Below, in pieces: positions 23,218-35,656 of a stretch of 64,000 nt of DNA (position 1 is its first letter; each line of letters starts with the position of its first letter). The notes beneath the pieces are model-generated. The model did no database searches. It had not been told where the DNA came from and saw nothing but the letters and a program-made list of their open reading frames with translations. The DNA is from Callorhinchus milii (lineage: Eukaryota), in NCBI RefSeq assembly GCF_018977255.1, contig NW_024704743.1:44084001-44148000 (forward strand), in the 5' to 3' direction. Both the position numbers and the translations under genes were made by a program.

Positions 23218-23680
23218 TAGAAACATAGAAACGTAAAAAAGAAGTGGGCCATTCAGCCTCTCAAGCCTGTTCTGCCATTCTATAAAATCATGGCTGATCT
23301 GTACGTCAACTCCAGTTATCCGCCCTTGCCCCGTATCCTTTATTACCCTGACCTAACAAATGTCTATCCACTTCAGTCTTGAAGATGTGAATGGATCCAG
23401 AATCCACAGCCTTTTGGGGGAGAGAATTCCAGATTTCCACTATCCTTTGGGTGAAAAACTGTCTCTTAATTTCACTCTTAAATGGCCAGGCTCTAATTTA
23501 AAGATTATGCCCCTTGTTCTGGATTCCCCCACCCGAGAAAATAGTTTCTCTGTATCTACCCAATCAAATCCCTTTATTATTTTAAAAACCTCAATCAGAT
23601 CACCCGTCAACCTTCTAATCTCAAGGGAATAGAGACCAAGATTATGCAAACTGTCCTCATAATATAAACCGTTTAGCCCT
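23218..23680 (-). mobile_element. CR1 LINE 3' fragment
   Basis: ORF 23440-23757 reads GLYYEDSLHNLGLYSLEIRRLTGDLIEVFKIIKGFD...ESRTRG. Confidence 0.92.
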
Positions 23681-23779
23681 AAGCGCAAATTTTGTAATAG
23701 TTTCATGCAAAATTGTTTTAATATTACAACCAGATTTTTTTTACACAAGCAGGACAAAATATAATGTAAACTGAGAATC

Positions 23780-24188
23780 GGCCTGGCTCAGTTACTCTTG
23801 TTTTTGGTTTGGAAGGTTGTGGTTTCAAGCTCCTTGTGGAGCCTTTGAGTTCCACTTTAGGCTGTCGCTCCGGTGCAGTGCTGGATTGCATTGCTGGAGG
23901 TACTGTCCTCTCAATGAGACATTAAGCTAAGGTCCCATCTGCCTATTCAGGTCGACGTTAAAAATCCCAAGACAATATTCAAAAAGAGGAGTTTTGCCCA
24001 GTGTCCTGGCCAACAATCCCCAAATAAACACCGCTATCATTCGCTTCAGGCAGTTTGTTGGATATTGTCATGTGCAAATTGGCTCCTGGATTTGCTCACA
24101 AATACACAGTCACTACATTTCACTGAAACTTAGTGAAGCACTTTGAAGAATTCTTGATGTTATATAGCAAATGCAATGATTATTATTC
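23780..24188 (+). mobile_element. Old Deu-domain SINE
   Basis: Head gcctggctcag, body gagacattaagctaaggtcccatctgcctattcagg, Deu core and tail. Confidence 0.7.
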
Positions 24189-24317
24189 TTGTGTTTGCAT
24201 TTGGGGTTCACTCCAAAGTATATTGAAGAGTAATCTGAACCCATGAATCTAAGAAACCTAAACACAGTTTGCTAATGATGTCAGCTGGTGCAGACAGGTC
24301 CCTAGACTTGACATCAT

Positions 24318-24523
24318 AATAATGTCCCTCCAAAAAAAACAATAATAAATTGGTCATTCTCAATCCACAACTATTTGTGGGTCACTGCTGTGCAATTGGC
24401 TACCGCGTTCCGCCCACAAATATACAGTCAATTCACTTTATAGCATATTCTGTGAAGCACTTTGAGACGTCGAGAAGATGTGAAAAGCGCTATATCAAAT
24501 GCAAGGATTATTATTATTATTAT
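24318..24523 (+). mobile_element. 5'-truncated tRNA-Ala DeuSINE
   Basis: Matches the family 3' half with a gagacgtcgagaagatgtg tail. Confidence 0.9.
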
Positions 24524-25254
24524 CATATGAGGCTCTTACAGACCCCTCCTTCCAGCTTTATATAGTATAAGAGAGCCATGCTTTCTTCAGCTGGTAACAG
24601 GAAACCCAAGGTCAAAGCACTGTCCTAATCTTGTATAATTATGCAAGAAAATATAGCCTAAAAAATAAGATTGTCAGGAAATATTTAAGGCAAATGACAC
24701 AATCTTGTGGTTTCTGTGATCTACTCTGATTTTCAAACCATTTCAGCCTGCTATCCAGTGTCTGTGATATGCCTGATCTGAAAAGCATTTTATAGATACC
24801 ACACGTCACGGCATTTGGAATCCAACCAACTTCTGCACAGTGCATTGACAGGGAAAATACACATTTCATTTTGTCCTCCTCAGTTTCCATGTAGAAGCAG
24901 TAGGTCACAGGATGAAGGGGGAGGCAGAGTTTGAATGATTTCAGAAGCTGTACCTTCATATATTTTTAAGAATAATGTGTGGGATCAGGTCAACTGTACT
25001 CAACAGGTAATGGTCTGGCTGACAAGAATCTGATACCCCTGCAGCTCAGGCAAATGAGATCTTCAATAACTTCACCGACAAGAGCAGTAATTCGGTGAGG
25101 GTTTCACAATTAGTAAATAAGGCTGATGTTTAGAATTTTCTTTTTAGAATTTGTAAGTGTACTCTCTGAGCCTCATTCAATCAGCAACAATTAGAATTAA
25201 ATTCATAGAATGTTCACAGCACAATAGGGAATTTCTCTCTATCCCCTGATCAAT

Positions 25255-26030
25255 AATCCCCCAAATAAAATTGGTCATTCATTTCATGGTTGTCTGTGAG
25301 ACAATGCTTTGCACAAATGGGCCACCATGTTCACCTATAAATACATAGTCAATCCACTTCACAGTGAATCCTGCGGGAAGCTCCTGACGTAAGAGGCAAT
25401 GTACCAAAAACGAGGATTGTTATGCATTAAAATACATCAGAATACACAGTACAGAAACAGGCCATTCTGCTCAACTGGTCTATGCTGGTGTTTATGCTCC
25501 ACATGAGCCTCCTCATTCTCTTCCTCAACTAAACCCTAAAGCATAACCTTCCAGTAGCCTTATACTATTATTAGTAATATTTGCCCCATTGTGTCTGTAC
25601 TGCAGCTAACTTCCCAATGAGATCTATCCACTCTAAATCCATTGTCCTGCTCTTTCCCTGTACCCTTTAATATTATTTTACCTGAAATATTTATCCAATT
25701 CCCATTTAAACACTTTTATGGACTTGGCTTCAACAGAGTTTTGTGTTGAAGCATTCTTATTTTAACACCCCACTGGGCAAAAATATTGGACCAGTCTCCC
25801 CCTTTTCCTTCAGATGTCAATTAATTAGTACCTTCTTATTACTCACTCTCTGGTCAGTAAAAATATCCTTTCTTTATCTACCTTATGAAAACCATTACAT
25901 CATCCATACGTTTGAAAATGTTTTTGATATTAGATTAGATTCTCGTCTCTCTACCCCCTTTTATCCTTCTTCAAAGGGCAACTTTACAAGCCTCTTGACA
26001 GGAATAATCTCCCATCCCTGCTATCATCCT
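25255..26030. mobile_element. DeuSINE 3' remnant (+, about 25255-25422) followed by decayed CR1 3' fragments (-, about 25430-26030)
   Basis: Deu core, then acagaaacaggccattctgctcaac, the reverse complement of a CR1 3' UTR. Confidence 0.6.
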
Positions 26031-27399
26031 CTCTCTTGATACGATGGGATGAAAAGTGCAATGTTTAAAATGTTTAACAGTTTCAAAGTGATATCACATA
26101 AATTTGTTTTTAAATATCACAAATTTTACATGTTACAGTATAAAAAAGTATTGATAATTGCAATCAATTAAGTACTGTACGAGAGCTTCGTTCTTGATGT
26201 TTTTTCAACACTTTACATTTTATCTTGCAAACATTAGTGACGGGCAATAAAAGACACAAATACAAACAACAACAACAACTTGCATTTATATAGCACCCCT
26301 CATGCAGGGTAGCGTCCCAAAGAGCTTGAGTGTCCTCAGATTCTCTTATAGTGTGACAGAATAACTGGAAAAACATTCCGAAGCAGAGGTGGTTAACCTT
26401 AGACTCCTAAAATATTAAAATATGACTGTGTACAGAATTAACCACAACGGATAAAGGGAGCATTATAACAATTTACATTCCTTCCAGTAAGCAAGTTGCT
26501 CTGCACAGTCAATATAAAAGTATTATAGTATCTTGATCTATTGACTCTTCAGGACAACAACCACATTACGTTTATATAGTACCTTTCACGTCAGAAGGAC
26601 GTCCATACGCGCTGACTAAATTAAAACCAGGGGGGAAAATTATACTAATGGTTTATTTTCAGAGAATGTTATAAATAGATAAATCTTAGATGTGTTATTA
26701 GACATCTGGCAGGTCTTTGGAAATTCCCATCTCACAGCTCATGGATTGTGGCACTGAAAATCACAGTAATATTACATTAAAAAGTCACTACACTTGACAG
26801 TAGTTACTTGTGAAGTAAGTTTTGGTATGTTTCAGTGTGATATAGAAATACAAGACTGAATGTTTAAGCTTATTTTATTAATGAACTAATGAGGTCAAAG
26901 TATAGTATACCTAAAGGCATTTCTGCTCCAATATGTAAGGAAGCGAATGCATTTAGAATCATCCAATTCTGACCGCCAGAACCCTAACATATTAGAACAA
27001 ATACTGAACACAACTGAAAATGAAAATAAAAATAAAACGTTTTAGAAATTCTTGTCTCATCATTCATTGTTTTCCTTCTGCAGTATATTCTCTTTTTTTC
27101 CTTTCTTAACTTTATCTTTTGCTATTTTCTACCTGTTTTGAACTTTTTACTAACTTTTTCTGACTTTGAAAGGCCCCCCCTGTATATTTTTGCTGTTTCC
27201 CTACTTCATCTGACATTTTGAAAATGAGAGTACCTTTATTTACATTGGCTGACAACCAGTTTATAGGCTGTGTTTACATTACAGTGAACAGCTGAAGGAT
27301 TGAAGATTAATAAATTCCATACAAGAGGCAAGCAGATCAATCTTTGATGCAAAAGTCATTTACAGCCAGCACGTGGAGTCATGAACAAGTTAATTTATT

Positions 27400-28000
27400 G
27401 GCAACTCATGCCAATGGGAATACTGTGCACAACATTCTAATACCAAAGAGGTAGTGATAAATTTATACAAAACTTGGAATACTGGAATACCGTGTGCAAT
27501 TCTGGTCATCATATTATAGGAAGGATATTGTAGCAATGGAGAGAGTCTGAAGTAGATTAGATTTAGATTAAGATGCTGCCAGTGATCAGAAGATATAACC
27601 GTCAAGAAAGATTGGACAGGTTAGAGCTTATTCTCTGGAGATGAGCTGTTTGAGAGGAGACTTAATAGAGGTGTTTAAATTAATGTGAGGGTTCAATAAA
27701 GTGGAGATAAATAGGTTGTTTCCATTTGTTAGTGAGTCCATAATAACAAGTCATAAATATATGATAGCCAGGAGTAAATCTAAGAGAATTTAAAAGGAAC
27801 GTCTTTACAGAGGGTGGTGAGAATGTGAAACTCAACACTGGAAGCTAAGATTGAAGGAGAAAGCATCAATGCATTTAAGAGGAAACTCAATGCATATATG
27901 AGGGAGATGGAAAGAGAGGGGAGAGGGAGAGAGGATTAGGACAGGTTGAGGCTGATTTAAATATAACAGGACTAGTTGGGCGAAACTTCCTGTTTCAGTT
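27400..28000 (+). mobile_element. Decayed CR1 3' part
   Basis: Translates to LEYRVQFWSSYYRKDIVAMERV and LRGDLIEVFK. Confidence 0.8.
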
Positions 28001-29335
28001 CTAAGTAAGAAAATGCCAGTTAAATCATAGTAAAACCTCTCACATATGTGGTTCCTCCTTTCTTTCTTTTAATTTTAATTCCTTCCCCTCTATATCTAAA
28101 TTTCTCCTTCTCCTGTGAAGAGTCGCTGGACCTCTGTTTAGTGTACCACAACATATTGTCTCACAACGGGGCAAAGCTCTACAATAATTTCAATTATTCT
28201 GCCTTTTACTAGGCATTTAAAAGGAAACCTGATGCATACATGAGGGAGATGGGATTAGAGGGTTGAGGGTATTAAGACAGGTTCAGGCTCATGTAAAACA
28301 TTAACAACAACAAATTACATTTGTATAGCTTCTTTCACATTGGGAGGGCATCCCAACACTGAACAGTTAGGGATTTGGACCTATCACAACCTTTCACATT
28401 CATGGATTCTCCATCTTTCAATAATTTCAATTATTCTGTGTCAAGGTAGCCATGGTCAAAAGTATCAGACAGGAACTAAAAATATAAGCAAATGTTTGTT
28501 TTGGACAAATTAGAACCTGAAGTTGACATTGCCCATAATCAAATCAGAATATTCTGCTCAAGCCACGCAGAAAAGCTAATGCTGTCCTCAAAGTTAATGA
28601 TAGGCACTTAAACCCTGGAAATTCAATGAGTCATGTTCACTCTTACAATTATTGACTGTGCAAATGAATGAGCCGCAAGAATGAAATAGCAGGGATTATA
28701 GTGAAGGTTTTAGCATGTGGCGAGTACTCTCATGAGCTTTGTTCAAGAAATGTGGTAAAAGTGAGAGCATCTAAACAGGAAAAAGTAGTGTAATGAATGC
28801 CAAGTCCCATAGTAACCATTCTCCAGTGTATATTGCAAGTGTTCCCTGAGTGCTCCAGACAACAAAATCATTGCTTGAGAAAATTAAATGTAATGACATG
28901 AACTGATGCTCAGTCCTGAAATGTGCACAAGATCAACTGATATAAGTAGGCAATATAACTCCAATCTGTCTCTCAACAGTCAGTATAACTTCCTTGGTGG
29001 ATGATGTTTGTTGTGTTTGTGCCATCTTGAGTTGTAGTTAAACAGCCAATAAATCATTTCAAAACCAATATAGGGCCTTAATAATAACTTTGGAATAAGA
29101 TTAGAATGATAAAGAAAGGAAACAAGCCATTCAGCCCAAACAGTTCATGCTGGTGTTTAAACTCTACAGTGTACAGGTGTAAGTGACACTGGTAAGCGTG
29201 CTGTTGGTTCACATGAGGACCAGCACAGCAACGTTTGTATTCGCTGTTCATCACTGCAACCAATTTAAAGAGCACTTCACCTGATAAAGATACCTCAAAT
29301 TAATTCTAAAAGTTACCAAGTTTAGTGGTTTAAAC

Positions 29336-29426
29336 CAGGGATGGCCAACTTGCTCTCCGCAGGCCACATGCAGGCCCGTTCTGCTTGCATAGACTAGTCA
29401 CATGGGCTGCAATTTGGCCATCCCTA
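29336..29426. mobile_element. 91-bp hAT (Charlie-like) MITE
   Basis: TIRs cagggatggccaa / ttggccatcccta (12/13) and an 8-bp TSD gtttaaac / gtttaaat (7/8, central TA). Confidence 0.8.
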
Positions 29427-30426
29427 GTTTAAATAATGTCTCTGCAACATCGCCAACCTCTGCCATCTTGTCATCCCCAAAGCAGTCAAAACCCTCATCC
29501 ACACATTTTTCACCTCCAAACTCAATGGCTTGATGACCCACCTTTAGAACCTCCCTTCCCCCCCCCCCACCCCTTCACCTACAACACCACCAACAAAATT
29601 ACAGTTACTGAACCGTCGGGGATCAGGACCTGAGCGTGAAGAGGGGGGCAGGGATGGGAGGAGGGAGGGCAGAGAAGTAGGAGGACAGCTGAAGTGTCAA
29701 CTATATCTAAAGTGACAAGACACCTAAAAACAAAGATCCCTAAGCCTAACCCTTATTATGGGTAGAGTAGCCTGTTATATGATCCCAACTCTGTTTCATG
29801 TTCTTTATGAAAATGCTGCTAGTTACCTCTTCACTTGTAATCCCAGTCAGATTCTGATAAAAGTGACTGGTTTGTTTAATGAGGCACGTCTTGATCACAG
29901 TGATCTGAGGCTGGGCAGCTTCATTGCTCCAGCAGCACTAATCTCTACAATAGGAGGTCATGTCAAGACAGAAAGTGGAAACAGACATAAAGAGGAAAAA
30001 AGTACAAAAAACAGTGTCTTTTCTTTCCATAAGACACTGACAATGTCTTATAGCAGCACCTGTATTCTACAAGAACAAAGAATGGTACTTTATAATGGCA
30101 GGACCAAACACTTTCAAGCTGCTTGACTGCTCTCAGCAAGGTATTCGCCAATTCTACTTCATTGACATCAATGCTATATTGCACAGTGCTGCCAAAGTAA
30201 TCCGAGAACACACAGTTCTACACAGATAATCTCAGCTGCCACAAATCTCAGACTGTTGGCTTCAGTTAGCATTAGCTCCCTCCTGGCTGAGCTATGAATA
30301 CTTGAAAGTTCCTGCAGTCATTCAATGATACACTGGAAGTCTATGTACATATCTGAGTTAATAAGAATGAGTACTGCGGTTAGCCTGGAAGGTCATTGCT
30401 AAATGAGACACCTGCCTTGAAACCCT

Positions 30427-30520
30427 AAAAATAACAAGTGCTGAAATCCCGGAGCAGGTCAATCACATCTGAAAGAGAAAGATAGACTAACGCTTCAAGC
30501 CTGCCTCTCCATCAGAACTG
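30427..30520 (-). mobile_element. Penelope-like pseudo-LTR remnant with a degenerate hammerhead core
   Basis: The minus strand reads ttctgatggagaggcaggcttgaagcgttagtc...cagatgtgattgacctgct...tttcagcact, resembling Penelope-associated repeats as I recall them. Confidence 0.5.
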
Positions 30521-30825
30521 AAGTGGCTGGCTAGGTTGCAGGAGTCTCTCTGAAAGCAAGAGATTACTTTGAAGCATGTTACCAAGAAGCTAGAAAATGA
30601 TTTTGTAAGAAGGTGAAGCGTGATGTACAGCTTGTGAAAGTGCTGTTAATGGTGATTTGAGAAAAAAAACAAAAGCAGGTGAGACGGCAGACAGAGGGAG
30701 TGATTTTATATTGTACGTGTGTTTAAAATTTCAGGGACTGCAAGTTTCTTAAATCATTTACCATGAAGAACGTCACATTTCTTTAATGTCTCTTATTTTT
30801 AAACTGACAACTGGAATTAGGCATT

Positions 30826-31344
30826 CCAGTCCTGTAGCTCAGTGGTTAGAGCACTCGCTTTGCAAGCAAGAGACCCAAGTTCAATTCCAGGCAGGGCGAA
30901 ACCTTGGGCAAGTTTCCTTACTCCACACGCCTAATAATAATCCCTCCAAAGCAAAAAACAATAATAAATTGGTCATTTTCAATCTACGACTGTTTGTGGG
31001 ACATTATGTGGAGTCCTGTAGCTCAGTGGTTAGAGCACTCGCTTTGCAAGCGAGAGACCTGAGTTCAATTCCAGGCAGGTCAGGGCGAAACCTTGGGCAA
31101 GTTTCCTTACTCCACACGCCTAATAATAATCCCTCCAAAACCAAAAACAATAATAAATTGGTCATTTTTAATCTACGACTGTTTGTGGGACATTGCTGTG
31201 CGCAATTGGCTGCCGCGTTCGCCCACAAATATACAGTCAATTCACTTTACAGTGTGTTCTGTGAAGCGCTTTGGGACGTCCTCCCGACGTGAAAAGCGCT
31301 ATATCAAATGCAAGGATTATTATTATTATTATTATTATTATTAT
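30826..31344 (+). mobile_element. Tandem DeuSINE dimer: 5' part of one copy (30826-31005) fused to a full young copy (31010-31344)
   Basis: Two tRNA-Ala heads about 180 bp apart and only one tail. Confidence 0.95.
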
Positions 31345-31569
31345 CTGTGGAGACTGCAGAAGCTGGAAATGTTCACACCAGAGAAGAGAAAGCTCAGAGA
31401 GATTCTATTGAAGTATTCAGGTTCCCAAATGGGGCTGCAGATTTGGCACAGCACTTTTTGTCAAAAATCATGGAGCACTTACGGTAAATTTACCACAACA
31501 AATTTACAACAACAAATTAGATTGAGACTGCTGACAGGGCATCTGATGTTAAAGCACACATGCTTAAAA

Positions 31570-32745
31570 AACAATTTACATTTGTATAGTGCCTTTTGTA
31601 GAGTGCCAAAGGCATGGTCAAAGAGGAAGCTCTTCAGACAGGACTTGAAGGACAAAAGAGAGGGGGTGAGGTGGAAGAATTGCAAGATAGAGTTCCAGAA
31701 TGTGGGGGCAGAGCTGCTGAATGCCCAATCACCAATGGTAAGTGCGGGGGACCTGAAGCAGGCCGGTGTCTACTCAGTGGAGGGAGCAGACAGGTTGATA
31801 TGGGGTTATGAGGTTGGAGAGGTAGGGGGGAGCAAGTCCGTGGAGGACGTTGAAGGTAAGAATGAGGGTCTTGTACTCGATTCTCTGAGGAATGGGGATC
31901 CAGTGAATCTGGGCAAGAATGGGGGTGATAGGTAAGTTACCGAGCCTGATGCGGGAGAGGACACGAGCTATAGAGTTATGAGTAATCTTGTGGAGGAAAG
32001 AGTTGGGAAGTCCAGTGAGCAGGAGTTGGCATAGTCAAGCTGGGACATAGTGAAAGCCTGGATCAGGGTCTCAGCGGCCTGCGGTGAGAGGCAGTGGCGG
32101 AGACGGGCAATGTTGCGGAGGTGTGGAAAGGTGGAACAGATCATGTCACGAATGTAGGGTTTGAAGGATAACTAAGGGTCAAAAAGGACACCAAGGTTTC
32201 AGTTTGGCTTGGTGAGGTGAAGAGTGCAGCCCTGAATGGTGATAGTGTCAGCGGCTGACGTGAGGAGGCACTGCCAAGAGCCAAGCAGGAGGGCCTCTGT
32301 CTTGCCAACATTCAGCTGGAGGAAGTTGGCCCTCGTCCAGGACTTGATGTCAGACAGACAATTAATCAGGACATCAATGGGCCTGGAGTCGAGGGTGGAG
32401 ACAGCGAGATAGAGTTGGGTGTCATCCGTATACATGTGATAATTGACCCCATGCCTGTGGATGATATCACCGAGCGGGAGTATGTATAGATTGAAGAGGA
32501 GGGGACAGAGGACAGAGCCCTGAGGGACGCCACACGTGACAGTGTGGGGACTAGAGGAGAAGCCGTTGGTGGCGTATCCTCTACAAAGAAGTGCAGAAGT
32601 GCAGTGGGAAAGGTAGGACTGGAACCAGGCAAGAACAGAACCATTGAGTTGGAGGTGAGAGGAGAGGCAGTGGAAAAGAATAGGGTGATCCCCACCAATG
32701 ATGGAGCTGGCCAGGCGGGGTCATGGAGCAGGCCGGAACCTGCCG
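31570..32745 (-). mobile_element. L2 LINE 3' 1.2 kb with RT core
   Basis: GVPQGSVL and MYTDDTQLYL...CLSDIKSW..NFLQLNVGKTE, with frameshifts. Confidence 0.92.
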
Positions 32746-33250
32746 AACAGATCTATATGGAGTTAACAGGTCGAAATGCTGGGAGACATCACTGGCATGG
32801 AAATTAAACAGTACCTCTTCATACCTCCCGATATTTACAATGTCTAAACCAGGACCTGAAAAATATTTAGACAAGTTCATTGTCCCAGTGAAGTTAAACT
32901 GTAGAGAATCACTCTTTTTCCTTTCCATTGGAATGGATTGAGTTTTCTGGACTCCATCTGGCAAAACACCCAGACATCTGGACAACTTGGCTAGTTTTCA
33001 GCTGCTTAAAATATACATAAAATATACAGTCAATTCACATTGTAGCATATTCTGTGAAGTGCTTTGAGATGTCTCGAAAACGTGATAAGGCAATATATAA
33101 AATGCAAGGATATTATTATTATTATTACTCATTCCTGAAACTGTTACAGCAGTGAATATTCCATTTGCTTTTACTTGCTGTAGGAGAATAAATTGGACAA
33201 ATACGTTGTATGGTATTTTGTAAGTTTTATGGTATTTTATCAATACGATA

Positions 33251-33571
33251 GGAGTCCTGGAGCTCAGTGGTTAGAGCACTCGCCTTGCAAGCGAGATACC
33301 TGGGTTCAATTCCAGGCAGGGCGAAACCTTGGGCAAGTTTCCTTACTCCACACAGAGCCTAATAATAATCCCTCCAAAACAAAAGAAACAATAATAAATT
33401 GGTCATTTTCAATCCACGACTGTTTGTGGGACACTGCTGTGTGCAATTGGCTGCCGCATTCGCCCACAAATATACGGTCAATTCACTTTACAGCATGTTC
33501 TGTGAAGCGCTTTGAGACTTCAAGAAGATGTGAAAAGCGTTATATCAAATGCAAGGATTATTATTATTATT
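33251..33571 (+). mobile_element. Full-length tRNA-Ala DeuSINE with TSD
   Basis: Complete element flanked by atacgata at 33243-33250 and 33572-33579. A further tail-only copy lies at about 33010-33128. Confidence 0.95.
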
Positions 33572-34644
33572 ATACGATAGTCTGAATGAAATTCTATATG
33601 TTATTTTCACCTGAAGAACAATGAGTTTGGAAATATTTTGCACAGAATGACTATTATCTGTGCCTCTGTTAATTTTAGCTGAAAAGCTATTGCAACTGAA
33701 TTGTATTCAGATGTGCCTCTGTTTGTTTTGAATAAAAATTCTGTGTTTGCTGTTGCAATTTTGAGTTCTATTTTAAGTTCCCTCTTTGTATATACATCAC
33801 AAAGGCATGGACTGGTGCTCAGGAATGGCTCTCATTAATGCATGATGCAAATAGATCTGCAATCTTACGCCACTTGCCAGCTTTCTATAATGTCTGCATA
33901 GGAGGAATACAAGAAAGCAGAGAGCAAGAAAAAGCTATTCAGCACATCAAGCCTGTCCTGTCACAGCGTCACAAAGCCTAACTGATCCTGGACCTCAACC
34001 CTCCCTCTCAACTTGTCTTGCTGCTGTAGTGCTCTGTGTTCGATGTAGGCTCACATCTTCTATTTTGTATCTATATTATATACTAATAAAATGACAATAT
34101 CTGTCTGCGCTTCAAGAAGGATCTTAATAACCAATTGATGTAGAGACATGATTTATTCTTCATCGGAAAGGTCTTGCAACTGGGAGTGACATGGGCATAT
34201 TTGTTTTTGGATATCTCCTATCGTTCATGAGTTATTTTCAGTTTTGCGTTTTTTTTGCTGCAGTGACACCTGGTTGCCACTGAATCAAAGTGGCGCTGTG
34301 GCACCATGCGTCACAGAGCACGCATGTAGGCACCAGCAGGAACAAAATAAAGTACACAGACAAAGCTAAGCTGCCGCAACAACAACAAAATTACATTTTT
34401 AAAGCACTGAGTCCTCCCACTGAATCCTCCCAAAAGGAGTTCTCCCACAGGAGTCCTCCCAGATGAGTGTAGATAAAAATGAAATGTCTGTCTCTGTGTC
34501 AATCTACATTCCATACTGGATACTTTGGTTGCATAGCTGCAACGGGTACAGCTAGTACTATATACAGCCGATTGTAACTTGCTACAGCTTTATGCTGCTG
34601 AGGAAGATCCTGATTCAGGAGATTGTATGATCCCTAATTACACA

Positions 34645-34880
34645 ATACAACAACAGCAACAACTTGTATTTGCATCGGCCCTTCTTGCGGGTTAGGGTCT
34701 CAGAGCTCTGAACAATGGCATAGTTTTATGGCAAAAGAGGAGAAAAAGGAGGAGGTGACCATACGCACAGTCGAAGAGGAAAATTATGAAGTGCGATCTG
34801 AAGACAAGCAAAGAGAGTGCAAGGCAGAGGGAGTGAGGCAGGGAGTTCCAAAAGCTCGGGGAACGTGGCTGAAGTACAAC
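34645..34880 (-). mobile_element. L2 3' fragment
   Basis: [30 protein letters not shown] and a (TTG)n tail. Confidence 0.8.
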
Positions 34881-35199
34881 ACTATGAAGCAAGTAATGTG
34901 AACATCCAAGCCAGTTGTTGTATTTTCACTGCTTGCATTAACCATTAACCGTAAACCATTGTAAATTTTTTGCCTAATTATCAAATATCCACAAGTGAAA
35001 AGGAGCAATGAAGAACTTGCTATGTGATTTGCATCTCTAGCTACTGCCAGTTGTGTTGCAACATTTTATGAGGGAGAAGAGAATAGAAGGGTATAGGAGA
35101 GGGGAATTGGAGGCATCAAAGCTCATGTGGAGTATGTACACCTACTTTTCTATCGCATAATTCCATGTAACTCTATATAAAGTCGACTGGAACATTAGT

Positions 35200-35240
<41 letters not shown>

Positions 35241-35656
35241 TCCTTGCATTTGATATAGCGCTTTTCACGTCGGGAGGACATCCCAAAGCACTTCACAGAA
35301 CACACTGTAAAGTGAATTGACTGTATATTTGTATACAAATATACAGTCAACTCACTTTACAGTATATTCTGTGAAGCGCTTTGGGACGTCCTCCCGACGT
35401 GAAAAGCGCTATATCAAATGCAAGGATTATTATTATTATTATTATTTGTGGGCAAACGCGGCAGCCAATTGCGCACAGCAATGTCCCACAAACAGTCGTA
35501 GATTGAAAATGACCAATTTATTATTGTTTTTGGTTTTGGAGGATTATTATTAGGCTCTGTGTGGAGTAAGGAAACTTGCCCAAGGTTTCGCCCTCTGCCT
35601 GGAATTGAACTCAGGTCTCTCGCTTGCAAAGCGAGTGCTCTAACCACTGAGCTACA
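35200..35656 (-). mobile_element. Young DeuSINE (-) carrying a nested antisense 5'-truncated copy (35333-35442, +)
   Basis: The host sequence resumes after the insert, which is flanked by tatttgt at 35326-35332 and 35443-35449. Confidence 0.93.

Noticed and set aside
24639..24959. 106-aa ORF with PH-domain-like TYCFYMETEEDK
   Set aside because: It lacks the conserved Trp and convincing splice sites; probably chance.
30047..30096. tagcagcac (miR-15/16 seed) in a weak hairpin
   Set aside because: The sequence after the seed does not match the family and the pairing is poor.
31093..31935. 280-aa ORF
   Set aside because: Chance read-through of a SINE, a CR1 fragment and antisense L2; the poly-Tyr run comes from (TTA)n.
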